A DNA stretch of 64,000 bases from Pristiophorus japonicus (taxonomy: Eukaryota): positions 148,366,001-148,430,000 of the forward strand of contig NC_091991.1 in NCBI RefSeq assembly GCF_044704955.1, in the 5' to 3' direction. Below, piece by piece: positions 1 through 13,280 of the stretch. Positions within the stretch are counted from its first letter, which is position 1. Every line of letters starts with the position of its first letter. Below the pieces are notes generated by a model. It saw nothing but the letters and a program-made list of their open reading frames with translations. It did not search any database and was not told where the DNA came from. Position numbers and translations under genes: made by a program.

Positions 1-1156
1 ATTTGGATAGTCTGGGTAGAATTCCCTGAACAAATCTATGTGCTGGTTGGCCATTTTCCCAGCCCTTTATGGTCTGTTGCAATCACCTTGGCTACAACTG
101 TGCTCATCTGTTGGACTTAAATTCCCAATATCCACCAGATGATCTGATTTAAGCAGAAGTGAGGCAGAAATTCAATTTCAGCGGTGATGGACTTTACGCC
201 ACTGTGGAAATGCATGAGAGGAAGTGAATTAAACAAAAAAAAAACGTTGAAGGTTAAACTCTTTCCTTTCTTTTACTGTGAAGGTTGAAACGTACCATTC
301 ATTCCAACTGCAGGGCTTTATATTGGTGGTTTTTGGACAATAAACTCCATGGTGCCTTAGAACAGAAAACCGTGACAAACCCTGCAATGCTTTATTAATG
401 TGTATAGGAAAAAATGTATAAGCGATAGGTACAAAAAAACATATGGGGTAATAGTAAACAGATGGTGAGAGATGACATATCATGCGTGCATGATAGTCAG
501 TAATATTTCTGGTAGCATGTTGCTTTTAGTCAGCATTGAGAAGCACAATCCTTTCACTCTTCCGACATCTATCTTTCCTTTAACATTCATTTGAAATGTG
601 TTGTGAATTTTCACATCTGCACCACTCTGCATTTTTTAATTCCTGAAACAAGCATCTGGTAACTGTTAACCTATCTACTCAACACACAGAAGAAATCTGT
701 TTATACAAGTCGGCTAAAGAAAATATTTAACTCTTAAAGAACCTTCTTCTGCCGTTTTGTGTCTACTATCACATGTTTCTGTGAAGGGGAATTAACTCTT
801 AAAACCTTTGTTACTTAAAACCAGTCGGAAGTAATTATCAAGTCATTTATTTTTCATCCTTTTTTCATTTTAGTTCCCTTTCTGGGTTATCACACTTCAC
901 TTGTTACTGAAATAATAGTAGATCCACAGACACTGCCCTGGGCCTCACCGATATGGTTTCTTGTTGGTCACCAGGAGGCACATTTGAAGTTAATGGGTGC
1001 ACGGCCCAATTGATTGTCTCTTACTTCAGTTGCTAAGCATTACCCGACAACCTGGGTGAGATCAGGAGCTCGTTATCTTCGCTAGTCCAGCTGGATTTGT
1101 GAACTGAGTCTGGTACTCAGGCCTTGGCCTCCCCATCCACCTCATATTAACATACT

Positions 1157-1731
1157 GAATGTAGAAATTGGTTATTGGGTTTTTGTACACGTAACCAATG
1201 GCACGCAGACGATGCGCACCCCAAATGGGAGGCCCAAGACACACTCGAAATTGGACCTTGGGCCTCACTGCAATCATTTGGGTGAGCTGCTGGCAAATGA
1301 GGCACCAGCCCACTTCAAGTGGCTTGCTTCACCTGCAGCGGTCCTTAGGTAAGTCTTAGAAAGAGGGGGAGGAGGACAATAGGAGCAGAGTGGGGGAGGG
1401 AGAGGGGCGCGGATGAGGGAGCCTGCAGCGACCCTTTGGAGTGCTGTGGAGCTGGTAGGAGCATTCCCTGTCCCACATCAGGCTTAAAAAAAACCCTGCT
1501 TTTTCGTTGGCGGCTACTTCATAACCACAGTGACTGCTGGTGATTCCTGATTCCGCTCTGCGCCGGCCAATGTAGCAGAGGAGGCCTAAAATCGGCAGTG
1601 GGTCCATCATTTACATATGTAATAGGCGGTTGCAATGGACACCTGAAAAGCTGGCGGCGCATGGTAATGCCCCAAGAAATTGGTACTTTTTGCACTCGTT
1701 GTTCACCTGAATGATAACCAATTTATCCTCC
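1157..1731. mobile_element. Probable PIF/Harbinger-type MITE
   Basis: Inverted 11-mer AAATTGGTTAT (1165-1175) / ATAACCAATTT (1714-1724); ACT on both flanks as candidate 3-bp TSD; GC-rich interior resembling 53545-54253. Confidence 0.5.
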
Positions 1732-1949
1732 ACTGGGTCGCCTCCATCTTAAAATATTAAATCAATATGAAAGGTTCCATTTATATAGTGTCTCATCATG
1801 ACTTTCAGGAATGCCCCAAAATTTAGCGCATGCTATGAGTTACTTTGATTGTTCTTATGCATGTAGCTGTGCCAGCCATTTTATGCACAGTTGATCCCAC
1901 AAACAGAGCGATAAATGACTTGCTTCTTGGTAGAGTTGCTTGGACAGCT

Positions 1950-2190
1950 GAATAGAAAGAAGAGCAGGAGAATTCTCTTTGGTGTCCTGGCCAATATTGA
2001 TCCCTCAACCAACACCTAAAACAAAACAATGATCTGGCCATTATCACCTTACTGCTTGTGGGATATTGCTGTGCACAAATTGGTTGCTGCGTTTTCGACA
2101 TTACCACAGTGGCTACACTTCAAAAGTACTTCATTGGCTGTAAAGTGCTTTTGGAGATCGTGAGAGGTGCTATATAAATGCAAGTTTTTT
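1950..2190 (+). mobile_element. SacSINE1-like DeuSINE, 3' half
   Basis: GGTGTCCTGGCCAATATT...CAAAAGTACTTCATTGGCTGTAAAG...TATATAAATGCAAG shared with more than 10 copies in the window. Confidence 0.85.
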
Positions 2191-2924
2191 TTTATATTGG
2201 CAAAACTGCCAGCTCACACAGATGTGAGAAACAACTTCACGCAAGCATAAATATCAGTTTTAAATAATGGAATAGTCTATATAGTAAGCGGGAAAAACTC
2301 ATGTAATTATTTGGGTATTTATTATGAGAGACTCCTGCCCATACAATATAACAGAACCAATCGTTTATGGCCGTTGTCAATTTCTCCAAACCCGCAGTGT
2401 ACGAGCTCCAGCATTACATGGATTTTGTTTTATTATTTTTATAACCAATTACACAGCAATTTCAACCCAACATCATTATGAAGTATAGCTTTATATCCAG
2501 TTATTAAAATCAGATATTTCAGAGGTTTTATTGACTCAGTGTTGGCAGTACTGCGTGTGGTGCTGTACTGAGCTCTCTCTAGTCCAGAAGCCATGGAAAT
2601 AACACTATAAAATCTGGACATGGGATAGTGTTAATGTTGGGTTCAGTACAGAATTAAATTTGTGACCCAATTTAGGATGCAGTTGCCTAATGTCTGAATC
2701 TGGCCCAATTGGAACCCTGGAGACATGTGTGCCCCTTTAACAGAAAAAGAGTAATAAGTGTGAATTATGTTCTTTTGTGCAAGTGTAGTTGTATTTCTTC
2801 TGTTCCATTATAACAGCGTTCACATTCAGAAGTAGAACTGCCCATCCCAGCCCACACCTCATTATTTTCAATGGCTTAGCAGCATTGCCATCTGTGCCTT
2901 GCATTGTAGCACCAAACGTATGGG

Positions 2925-3352
2925 GCCTTCTCCAACACTGAATCAGAAGGTGGTGGATTCAAGTCCCATCTCCAGAGGCTTGAGCACAGAATCCAGGCTG
3001 GTACTTTAGTGCTGCACTGTTGGAGGTGCCATCTATCAGATGAGACGTTAAACCCAGGCCCCGTCTGCCCTCTCAGGTGGATGTAAAAGATCCCACTGTA
3101 CTATTTCAAAGAAGATCAGGGGAGTCATTCCCGGTGTCCTGGCCAACATACATCACTCAACCAACATCTAAAAACAGATGAACAGGTCATTTAGTTTATT
3201 GTTGTTTAATGGAGCTTGCCGTGCGCAAATTGGCTGCCGCATTTCCTGCATTACAATCGTGACTGCACGTCAAAAGTGCTTCATTGACTAGAGAGCACTT
3301 TGGGTTGTCCTGAGGTTGTGAAAGGTGCTATATAAATGCAAGTCTTTCTTTC
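2925..3352 (+). mobile_element. SacSINE1-like DeuSINE, near full length
   Basis: tRNA-derived head with B box (GATTCAAGTCCC), central Deu-like domain, TATATAAATGCAAGTCTTTC tail. Confidence 0.88.
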
Positions 3353-3777
3353 ATTTTTTACATGGTGTATATTAGTGGAAAATCCATCTATTTGCAAAAT
3401 AGCAGAGGGTTGACCAATTGCCACAGGGGTAGTGCTAATGCACTGTATGTATCTGGCCTGCAATTGCATGCCTTTCATTTTTTTTAAGGAACACGTTAAA
3501 ATGACTTTTGCTTTGAAAAGTTTCATTATTTTCCAGCTCTAGGTTTCTTGTTAAGTGAGTATTTTTGGTTCATGTTACATGTTTTCCTTTACTTATTTAC
3601 AGCCCAAATACACTGGTTGATTTCACATAAGGGAACATATAAAATAGATTTGCTCCTAAAAGTCTTTTCATAGGAGCTAAATGTAAACTTTAAATTATAT
3701 TGTAGTTCACTATAAAAGAATGAAGAATACCTGGGAGTGATTTACAAGGTCGATGCACCATTTAAAAGAAAGATCTA

Positions 3778-4316
3778 GGGGCCGATTTTCATCAAGGCCT
3801 CTGCCTGCCCAAGTGCCGCCGATGGCCGCTGAGGTATTGGACGGTACTTTGGCCAGGATATTCATGGCCGAGGTCGCTCTCATTCTCAGCGGCAGAGGCA
3901 CTTGCCGCCCAAGTGCCGCCGAGGATGGAGTCGAGCCCACGGAGGGTCGAAGACCTGAAAAAGAAAATCACCAATAAAAAATAAAAAACTATCCAAAGAC
4001 CTTCAGGGGACCCCATCCAGGTAAGTCGCTGTTGAAAAATGTTTTTTTTAAATGTTCACTTACCTTTTTTTCAGGTTCTTCAGACTTACCGTCGGAGACA
4101 GACCAGCCTGCAGTCCACCCCCATTCCGCCGCCAGGAATCTGGGAGCTCGGCAGGCGGGAGGTCAGTTGCGTTAGCGGGCGGTTTCCGACGTCTCTCTCC
4201 TCTCGCCCGCTCCAACCCGCTCCAGGTCACCTCCAAAGTGGCACTGGGCAGATCTTGACGAGGGATGTCAGCAGCAGTGGCCGGCAATGGGCGGTGAGGT
4301 GATGAATTTCGGCCCC
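3778..4316. mobile_element. PIF/Harbinger-type MITE (539 bp)
   Basis: TIRs GGGGCCGATTTTCATCA / TGATGAATTTCGGCCCC (15/17 match); 3-bp TSD CTA (3775-3777, 4317-4319). Confidence 0.8.
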
Positions 4317-4323
4317 CTAAAGT

Positions 4324-5030
4324 ATTACATTTATATAGCGCCTTTCACAATCTCAGGATGTCCCAAAGCGGTTTACAGCCAATGAAGTACTTTTTGAAAT
4401 GTAGTCACTGTTGTAATGTAGGAAATGCGGCAGGCAATTTGTGCACAGCAAGCTTCCACAAACAGCAATGTGATACTGACCAGATAATTTGTTTTTTTTT
4501 TAGTGATTTTGGTTGAGGGATAAACATTGTCCAGGATATCAGGGAGAACTCCCCTGCTCATCTTTGAATAGTACGATGGGATCTTTTACATCCACCCAAG
4601 AGAGCAGACGGGGCCTCATCTGAAAGACGGCAACTCTAACAGTGCAGCGCTCCCTCAGTACTGCACTGGAGTGTCAGCTGTAATGTATGCACCTAAGAGT
4701 ATGCTGACAGGTTTGTAGAACTGTTGCATTATGATTGACTTAACCAGTCACGTGATGTTCACAAGACCCAATAAAACCCCAGTCAGTTGGGTCTATGTCA
4801 TCCAAGATGAGGTATGCAGTTGTGAGCCAAGTGGATGAACTGGTAATGCGTAGTGTGATTGTTAAACCTTTGTTAATAAAACAACTAGTTCTTAATAGCA
4901 ATGTGTTGCTATGAATTCTTCAGCAAAGAACGTATGAAGCAAATACATTACATCAGCCTAGATTTTGTGCTCAAGTCTCTAGAGTGGGCCTTTGAACCCA
5001 CAACCTTCTGACTCATGAGCCATGGCTGAT
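4324..5030 (-). mobile_element. SacSINE1-like DeuSINE interrupted by a solo LTR
   Basis: Reverse-strand SINE that resumes exactly after the insertion (GTGTCAGC|CTAGATTTTGTGCTCAAG). Confidence 0.88.
4679..4952 (+). mobile_element. Solo LTR (274 bp, Gypsy-like)
   Basis: Perfect 10-bp inverted termini TGTAATGTAT...ATACATTACA; 5-bp TSD TCAGC; AATAAA inside; second copy at 23135-27044. Confidence 0.88.
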
Positions 5031-5322
5031 GCTTTTTGTTGACATCTTAAATCCCTCTTAGGTATAATGTGAATAATTCTTACATTGTAAGCACACTAGG
5101 GTGCTGATATGTGTTGGTGTTTGCTGTTGGTACTCCAATCATAAACCAAGCAAGAACTGCTGGACAGTTGCAATTTCAATCTTTCATGACACTTCCGCAG
5201 TTTAATGGCTTTGCTGAAGCAGGATTACATGTCAGTCGGTCTTGAGGGAAGGAATTTGGAAGGGCAACTGCAAATATTGCAACCCTGGAAAAGACCGTGC
5301 AGGAGCTGCTGAGGCCTAGTTT

Positions 5323-5745
5323 CTGTGTCAGCTGTGGCTCAGCGGTAGCCCTCTCACCTCTTAGTCAAACGGTTCAAGCCCCGCTCCAGAGGCTTGAGCA
5401 CATAATCCAGGCTGACACTCCAGTGCAGAACTGAGGGAGTGCTGCACTGTCCGAGGTGCCGTTTATCGGATGATACATTATCCGTTGACCCTCTCAGGTG
5501 GGTGTAAAAGATGCCACAATTTCAAAGAAGAGCTGGGGAGTTCTCCTCTGTGTCCTGGCTAATATTTATTCCTCAACCAACACTTAAAAATTGCTGCTTG
5601 TGGGACCTTACTGTGAGCAAATTAGCTGCAGCGTTTCCTATATTACAACAGTGATTACAATTCAGAAGTACTTCATTGGCTGTAATGTGCTTTGGGAGGT
5701 CCTGAGGTCATGAAAGGCGCTATACAAATGCAGGTTCATTCTTTT
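5323..5745 (+). mobile_element. SacSINE1-like DeuSINE, full length
   Basis: A box GTGGCTCAGCGG, B box GGTTCAAGCCC, Deu-like body, tail. Confidence 0.9.
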
Positions 5746-7494
5746 AGAGCTGGGCTTTACAAGTGGTGGTTGTGTTTGTGACTCAATAAATAGCTTCTGC
5801 AGATTGACTGAGAGGGACCAGTACTTTAGTGGTCCCTGAAAAGAAACAGGCACAAGAGATGCAGGACCAGATACTTAATACTCTGCTATCTGGTGAGGTA
5901 AGTCCTTGCCCTTTTCCCCAGAATTCAAATTTATCAATTCATGCCTATCTGTGACTGGAAATTCAAACAACTCCACTTCATGATCTTCACACTATCAAGG
6001 TTGCTCCGAGCAGGGACCCATTGCATTCAGAGAGCTGTGGCAGCTGTTGTACGTGAATGCCGAGTACTGAGCACATTCCAGTCAATCTGGTGTGTGAGCC
6101 ACGTCCCTATTTTTAAGCACATTACATAAATCAAAGCGGTATGTAAAAATATAGGCTGTTGCTTAAGTCACTCTACTATAATCAGGGGTTTCACAATCAA
6201 CCTTAAATATACCTCAGACTTCGTAGAAAATAATGGAGATCAGACTCGTGATCAAATCTCACTCAGTATGACAGAGTTTTTTTCTGATTTCAGGAATCTT
6301 AAAAATGTCCCAAATGCCACTAATTTCAATGGAAGTGTAACTGGGGAGAAATGTATAACGGGCGACTGATCCGATAATGTCCATTTCACACTGTCGCCCA
6401 AAGTCAAAATGATCCCCATTGAGTTACATAAGCTTTGCCATTTTGTGGATAATTACATAAGCTGGCATATTACTGCCACCAGCTTCTGCTCCTCATAGTC
6501 AAATGTTGCACTCAGTGCTGTCTTAAATCACTTCAAACTCATCCTGGGGATACTTGACCAAAAGTGGCAACTTAATACACTTCTAATACACTACATTAGA
6601 AGTGTATTACAGAGAGCAGCAATCATCTTGGAGTGAGTTAAAGATTATAAAACAATTTCTGAGTTAAGGTGGTGTTCTCAAACCAGTCAAGCCTTGGGCC
6701 TGTGGTTTATATCATCATCTAAATACCACTAATTCCAGACTTTTCTCACTCTTGGGGGGCCTCTTATTCTATATCCAGCTGCGTTTTTATTGAGGTTACA
6801 ATTGTCAAGAGGAAAGAGCTTCCCTGTTGTGTGCGCCCCGACTTCACTGAGGCAGCAGGGTGCGTCTCCATTGTAATAGGTTCCAGGCCCACGTGAGTAA
6901 AAGAATGAGTTAGATTGGCACAGTTCAGTCCTCGGTCATGTCGTTAGTCGTGCCAAAGACTGAGTTATGAACAAGCACTGTTCTAAGTGAGCATTAAGTA
7001 CCTACAAATGAATAGTGCAACAGCCCGCAACATGAGCTGGAATCCTGCCCTTTCTAGTCATTTGGCAGAAAATCCAGCCAAAGAGGTCAACAGCTGGAAG
7101 CAAAGAAAGTGCGAGTGCCAGAAAGTGGCCAAATTACTGTCCCACTCTGTCTCCACCATTATTTTATTTTTACCCTGTTGAATAAACTGGAACTCTTTGT
7201 GAGTTTGACAGCTCCAGCACTGACTAATGCTTCCCGTGATAATACAATAAATGCTGGGGGTTCTCGCCTGCTCTTATCTTCAAGGTGACTTTCTGTTCCC
7301 TGCTGGACTATAAAGGGAAGCATCAAATGGAGGGTACCCACTTGTACTTGTAAGAAACAGGAACGTCAAACAGCATTGTTCTCATATCCTCATGGACAGC
7401 TACGGCTGACATCTGACGCCATAAAAATGGGCCGGTCATAATTTTACAGTTCTTTTAAGCCTGCAAACAATAAGAGGCTCAAGCTATGCAGTAC

Positions 7495-7650
7495 ATACAT
7501 GGAATTTACAGCACGGAAAGAGGCCATTTGGCCCAACTATCTGTGCCGGTGTTTATGCTCCACACGAGCCAAACTACTTCACCTTACCCTGTCAGCATAT
7601 CCTTCTATTCATTCCTCGCTAATGTACATATCTAGCCTCCCCGTAAAGGC
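7495..7650 (-). mobile_element. CR1 LINE 3'-end fragment
   Basis: TTTACAGCACGGAAAGAGGCCATTTGGCCCAAC matches the reverse complement of the CR1 tail at 9460-9500. Confidence 0.65.
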
Positions 7651-9130
7651 ATCCATGATGCTTATTCTTATTTAGTGCAAGTTGGTGATAGTTTCCACAC
7701 ACAGGCTTGTGTGGCAGCATTTTAAACTGAGGATACCACATGAGCTAGTGGTTAATGAGATCATTATATAAGTGACGGCCAATGCAAAACTAAAACATGG
7801 TCAACCCAACATCAGTACTTTCATGGTACAGTAGCTGTGTGTCCTTTATATATCAAAATGAAAGCTTGTTCCTGGATATTCATTTTAACAGAGTAACAGT
7901 AGTTCCAGACCATAGGCCTGTAACATGATCCCCTCCCAGTCGTGCTGAGGTGCTCTTAGTGGCACTAAAAGTGAGATGTGGCCTCACGTACAACATTTTT
8001 ATTCTTACTACACCAATATTGTTTCAAGCAGCCCAACCTGTGCTTCCTATCAGCTAAAAAACATGGGATGCAAGATTGCTTGGCACCCGCTGTGCAACTA
8101 AAGTACTTCTGTGTAAATTACAAATTGGGAGAAGATTATTTTCCTACTGTTAAATGATCGAAAATAGGTTGTGAAAAGTGCAACGGAAATCAGTCCTGAA
8201 AGAGACATTCGTATAAGCAGCAATTGAATTCATACTTTCAAACTGACTCATTGAAGCTGACCAGTAAATGGAGCAAGCTCTGAGGAACCATCATTATCAA
8301 TTTCTTCCTTTTATGTCCCCTGCTCCCGTGTCATGATACTTATAACAATCTCTTTGAACACTAACCACTTTATAAAGTACTTTGGCAACGTGTCAACATT
8401 TCTCACTACGGGCTGAAGCTGTTTGGAATGAGAAGGGGCACTTTTTGTTACGTGCCTAAAAATGCCAATACCCCCCCACCCCACCCCTCATGTCCCCCCC
8501 TCCCTCCATCCCCATAGCTGCTCACAGCTCCCCCCACATCAAGCTCTGCATACGTGACACTCAACGTCTGATACTCATTACGTGCTATGGGCTGCACTAG
8601 TCATGTGGCAGCTTGCAGAGAATGTCAGCCACCAGCTATGTGCTGGAGGCTTTTTAAAAAAAAAATTTAACCTCCATATGGGCCGCTGATCCTGTCCAGA
8701 TGGAAAGCATTGCGCTGGATTCCTTCCAGTACTGGCTCACTGAGAGACAGGTGTAGGTTACAGTAAAAGAACACCACTGCAACCCCATGAGGTAACACAT
8801 TGCAGAGCGACGTTCGATGCCTCTCAAAAATAGAGCTGGACACCTTAGAAGCTGGTATTTCCTTCCTTGGATTTACAAATTTTTATTGGTTTCATCTGAA
8901 AGGATGTTAATTGTGTTAAATCTCTATTGCAGACAATCTTCTGATATGTGTTCTTTTTTCCTCCTCTAAACAGCCAACTTCCATTTCAGTCAGGTTTCAA
9001 TAGTCAGGACTCTGCTACTGATTTGCTGCAGCAACCAGTCTGAAATCTGTACCTCCCCCTCATAAACTGAGATATTTACAATTCGCATAAGGTTCAAGAA
9101 CAAAAACGGAATGTGCTGGGGCTCTCTCAC

Positions 9131-9514
9131 TAGAAAAGAAAAGACTGAGGGATAACCTAAAAGAGATCTGTAAGATTCTGAGAGTTCGATAGGGTAGACG
9201 TAGAGAAGATGTTTCCACTTGCGAGGGAGACCAACACTAGGGGTCATCAATATACAATAGTCATTAATAAATCCAATAAGGAATTCAAGAGAAACTTCTT
9301 TACCCAGAGAATGATTAGAATGTGGAACTTGCTACCGCATGGAGTAGTTGAGGCGAACAGTGTAGCTGCATTTAAGGGGAAGCTGGATAAGCATATGGAA
9401 GAGAAAGGGATAGAGGGTTATGTTGATGGGGTTAAATGAAGAGGAGCATAACACCAGTATAATCAGTTGGGCCGAATGGCGTGTTTCTGTGCCGTAAATA
9501 CTGTGTAATTCTGT
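9131..9514 (+). mobile_element. CR1 LINE 3' fragment
   Basis: ORF2 C-terminus MFPL..TRGH..RNFFTQR..MWNLLP..FKGKLD followed by CR1 3' UTR. Confidence 0.88.
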
Positions 9515-9827
9515 AGCAGCTTTTACAGAATGGAAACTTTAAATGTTTAATCAGATTTCTTTGCAGAAGTCTGTTAAACTGATTCTATCATGATCATCAA
9601 AAAGGTTATGATGTATTGAGTTCAGTTCGTGAGGCTAGGTATCGTTAGTTCTATAATGTATTTTAATTTTCTAATCTCCCACCTTCATTTTGCCCCTTCC
9701 ATTCAGGAAGGATTGGCCTCACTCTCTGTTGACATTGTTAACAGGGCTCTTTAGATTGAGCTGCTATTCTTTGCTGAAAAATCCCTCCCTGTCTAGTTTT
9801 CCTGATGACCTGGATGACACTCATCTG

Positions 9828-12482
9828 TGTCATGCATCTTACATTATTATATATAACTGTATCCTAACATGCTATACATGACTGCAGTAAGATGACCTGT
9901 AACTACCAGTATGCCATATTCCAGCGCAACATGGAGAGTCTGCTCAAGTCCATCCTGGGGACGGTTGTATTTCAAGACGACATACTTATCACGGGCAGGG
10001 ACACTGACTCCCATCTCCGTAATTTGGAGGAAGTACTAAAGCGGTTGAATCGGGTAGGCCTGCGAGTCAAGAAATCCAAGTGACTGTTTCTCGCACCCGA
10101 GGTTGAATTTTTGGGCAGAAGGATTGCCGCTGATGGAATTCGCCCAACAGAGTCCAAAACAGAAGCAATTCGTCTGGCGCCCAGGCCCCGGAATGTCTCA
10201 GAACTGCGCGCCTTTCTCGGGCTACTCAATTACTTTGGGAACTTTATGCAGAACTTAAGCACACTGCTGGAGCCTCTCCATGTGCTACTCAGGAAGGGGT
10301 GCGATTGGTTTTGGGGGGACGCCCAGGAACGCACCTTGAATAAGGCACGCAACCTTCTGTGTTCCAACAGTGTTTTGACTTTCTTTGACCCAGGTACAAA
10401 GCTAGTTCTCACATGCGATGCGTCAGCGTATGGGGTCGGGTTGTTTTGCAACATGTCAATAGTGCGGGCAAATTACAACCCATAGCTTATGTCTCCAGGT
10501 CACGGAATGGTAGAGAAGGAGGCGCTCGCGTGCGTGTATGGTGTCAAAAAGATGCACCAATACCTTTTCGGGGCCAAGTTCGCGTTAGAAACCGACCACA
10601 AGCCCCTCATGTCCCTCCTATCCTAGAGCAAGGCAATAAACGCCAACGCCTCAGCGCGAATTCAATGGTGGGCATTCATGCTGGTGTCCTACGACTATAC
10701 CATAAGGCACAGACCAGGCACAGACAACTGTGCCGACGCGCTCAGCAGGCTACCCCTGGCGACCACGGAAGGGTCTGACGAACAGGACTGTGAGATAGTC
10801 ATGGCAATCAATGCCTTTGAGTCGACAGGTTCGCCCATGACGGCTCGCCAAATCAGAGCCTGGACGGCCAGTGACCCCACGTTATCCTTAGTCAAATTAT
10901 GTGTCTTAACTGGTGACTGGGCAGAGGCTCGCGATGCCTGCCCCGAGGAATTAAAACCCTTTCACAGGCGCATGCATGATCTATCACTACAAGCAGACTG
11001 CCTGATGTGGGGCAGCCGAGTAGTCATGCCTCTGCGAGGCAGAGAGGCATTTGTCCGGGAGCTCCACCGCGAGCACCCGGGGATCGTTCTCATGAAGGCC
11101 ATAGCCAGATCCCACGTCTGGTGGCCTGGTATTGACGCGGACTTGGAGCTCTGCGTCCGAAGGTGCACCATTTGTGCCCAACTCAGCAATGCCCCCAGGG
11201 AGGCTCCACTGAGCCCCTGGCCCTGGCCTACCAAACCGTGGTCGCGGGTGCACGTAGACTATGTGGGCCCATTCATGGGCAAAATGTTCCTCGTAGTTGT
11301 AGATGCATTTTCAAAGTGGATCAAATGCACCATTTTAAACTCGAGCACAACCTCCACCACTGTGGAGAGCCTCGCAACCATGTTTGCAACGCACGGAATC
11401 CCTGACATATTGGTCAGTGACAATGGTCCGTGCTTCACCAGCGCAGAATTCCAAAACTTTATAACTGACCACGGCATAAATCACGTTAAGACGGCACCGT
11501 TCAAGCCGGCCTCCAACGGCCAGGCGGAGGGAGCAGTGCAAATCATTAAACAAGGCATGCTTAAAATCCAAGGTCCCACGCTGCAGGGTCGCCTGTCGCG
11601 ACTGCTGCTGGCATACAGATCTCGTCTGCACTCACTGACTGGGATCCCCCCCACGCAACTGTTGATGAAAAGGACTTTAAAAACAAGGCTCTCATTAATC
11701 CTCCCAGACATGCACAAAATCGTTGAGGCAAAGCGCCATAAGCTGACTGAGTACCATGACAGAAATTTGAGGGGGAGATGGAATGAGATAGGGGACAAAG
11801 TGTTTGTACTAAACTATGGCAGGGGTCCCAAATGGCTTGCAGGGACAGCAACAGGCAAGGAAGGAAACAGGCTACTGGTAGTACAAATGGACAATGGCAA
11901 AGCCTGCCGGAGGCATGTAGACAAAGTTAAAAGCAGATTTACCAACCACACTGCGGAACCAGAGGCAGACTACAATGTGGAACTCGCACCACACCTGGTG
12001 GACAGACAGAGGGAACAACCTGAGGAAAGGGCAATCCCAACAGACAGCCCAGGCGAGTCAACAACAATCACACCAATCGAAACAGACAGCCCAGGCGAGA
12101 TACCAGCAACCACACCCAAAGAAAAATAGACACCAAGGCAAACAACTGAACCACAACTCAGACGCTCCACGCGAGAGTGTAGACCACCTGAGAGACTGAA
12201 CCTATAAAGACAATAAGACCTTGGGGGAGGGTGATGTCATGTAGCTTACATTATTATATATAACTGTATCCTAACATGTTATACATGACTGTAATAAGAT
12301 ATGACTTGTAACCACTAGTATACCTTATCACCAGGGGTACACTTGCAAGAGACAGGTATATAAGGACAGGTCTCAGGCAAGTGCAGCATTCCAGAGCTGT
12401 GAAATAAAGGTGCAGGTCCAGAGTGACCTTGACTTCACTACATGCCTCGTGTGAGTCTGTACTGAGGGAACAGGACTTTACA
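9828..12482 (+). mobile_element. Gypsy/Ty3 LTR retrotransposon, internally deleted
   Basis: 5-bp TSD ATCTG; truncated 5' LTR 9828-9912 fused directly to RT; PPT GGGGGAGGGTGA; 3' LTR 12235-12482 (TG...CA). Confidence 0.93.
9913..12129 (+). pseudogene. Gypsy pol remnant: RT C-terminal half, RNase H, integrase
   Basis: VFQDD, LRAFLGLLNY, CDASAYGVG, TDHKP, HxxH..CxxC zinc finger, VHVDY/VSDNG/NGQAE DDE triad; stops and frameshifts upstream of the 483-aa ORF at 10678-12129. Confidence 0.93.
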
Positions 12483-12574
12483 ATCTGCACAGCGAATAAT
12501 GACAGATCCTGGGAGTGAGCTGCAAGACCATAACTAAAGCATGTGGTTCAAATCAATGACAAGATTATTACCTA

Positions 12575-12995
12575 GAATTTACAGCACAGAAACAGGCCAT
12601 TCGGCCCAACTGGTTCATGTCAGTGTTTATGCTCCACAAAAGCCTCCTCCTACCCTACTTCATTGTAGCCATGAACTTATCTAGTTTCCTCTTAAATGCA
12701 TCTATGCTATTCATCTCAATTACTCCATGTGGCCGCGAGTTCTAACCACTATCTGGGTAAAGATGTTTCTCCTGCATTCCCCATTGGATTTATAAGTGAC
12801 CATCTTATATTTATGGTCTCTAGTTTTGGTCTCGCCCACAAGTGGAAACATCTTCTCTACGTCTACCCTATCAAACCCCTTCATAATTTTAAAGACCTCT
12901 ATTTTAGGCTACCCCTCAGCCTTCTCTTTTCTAGATAAAAGAAAGCCCTTGCCTGTTCAACCTTCCTAATAGTTATAACCTCTCAGTTCTGATAT
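12575..12995 (-). mobile_element. CR1 LINE 3' fragment
   Basis: Reverse-complement homologue of 9131-9514. Confidence 0.85.
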
Positions 12996-13065
12996 CATGC
13001 TTATATTGAAATATAACATACCAAAGAAAAAAATTGTGTACAGTCTAAATGGTACCACAATTACA

Positions 13066-13280
13066 GTGTGTACAAGTGTGGAGTAGTATGATTATCATAT
13101 GTGCACGTGTGTGGCGTGTCATAATTACCATGTGTGCATGTGTGTAAAGTGTTAGGATTATTGTATGCACATGTGGGCAGTGCACGATTATCGTATGTGC
13201 AGTACTACGATGATCATGAGTGGAGTGCTACATTTATCAAGTGTGCATGTGTGCGGAAGGGCACGATTATTCTGCATGCA
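13066..13280. repeat. Degenerate minisatellite (~30-34 bp unit)
   Basis: About 6-7 imperfect TGTGCA(C/T)GTGTG...GATTATC units. Confidence 0.55.

Noticed and set aside
5323-5400. tRNA gene
   Set aside because: A/B boxes belong to the SINE head and continue into the SINE body; same for other copies
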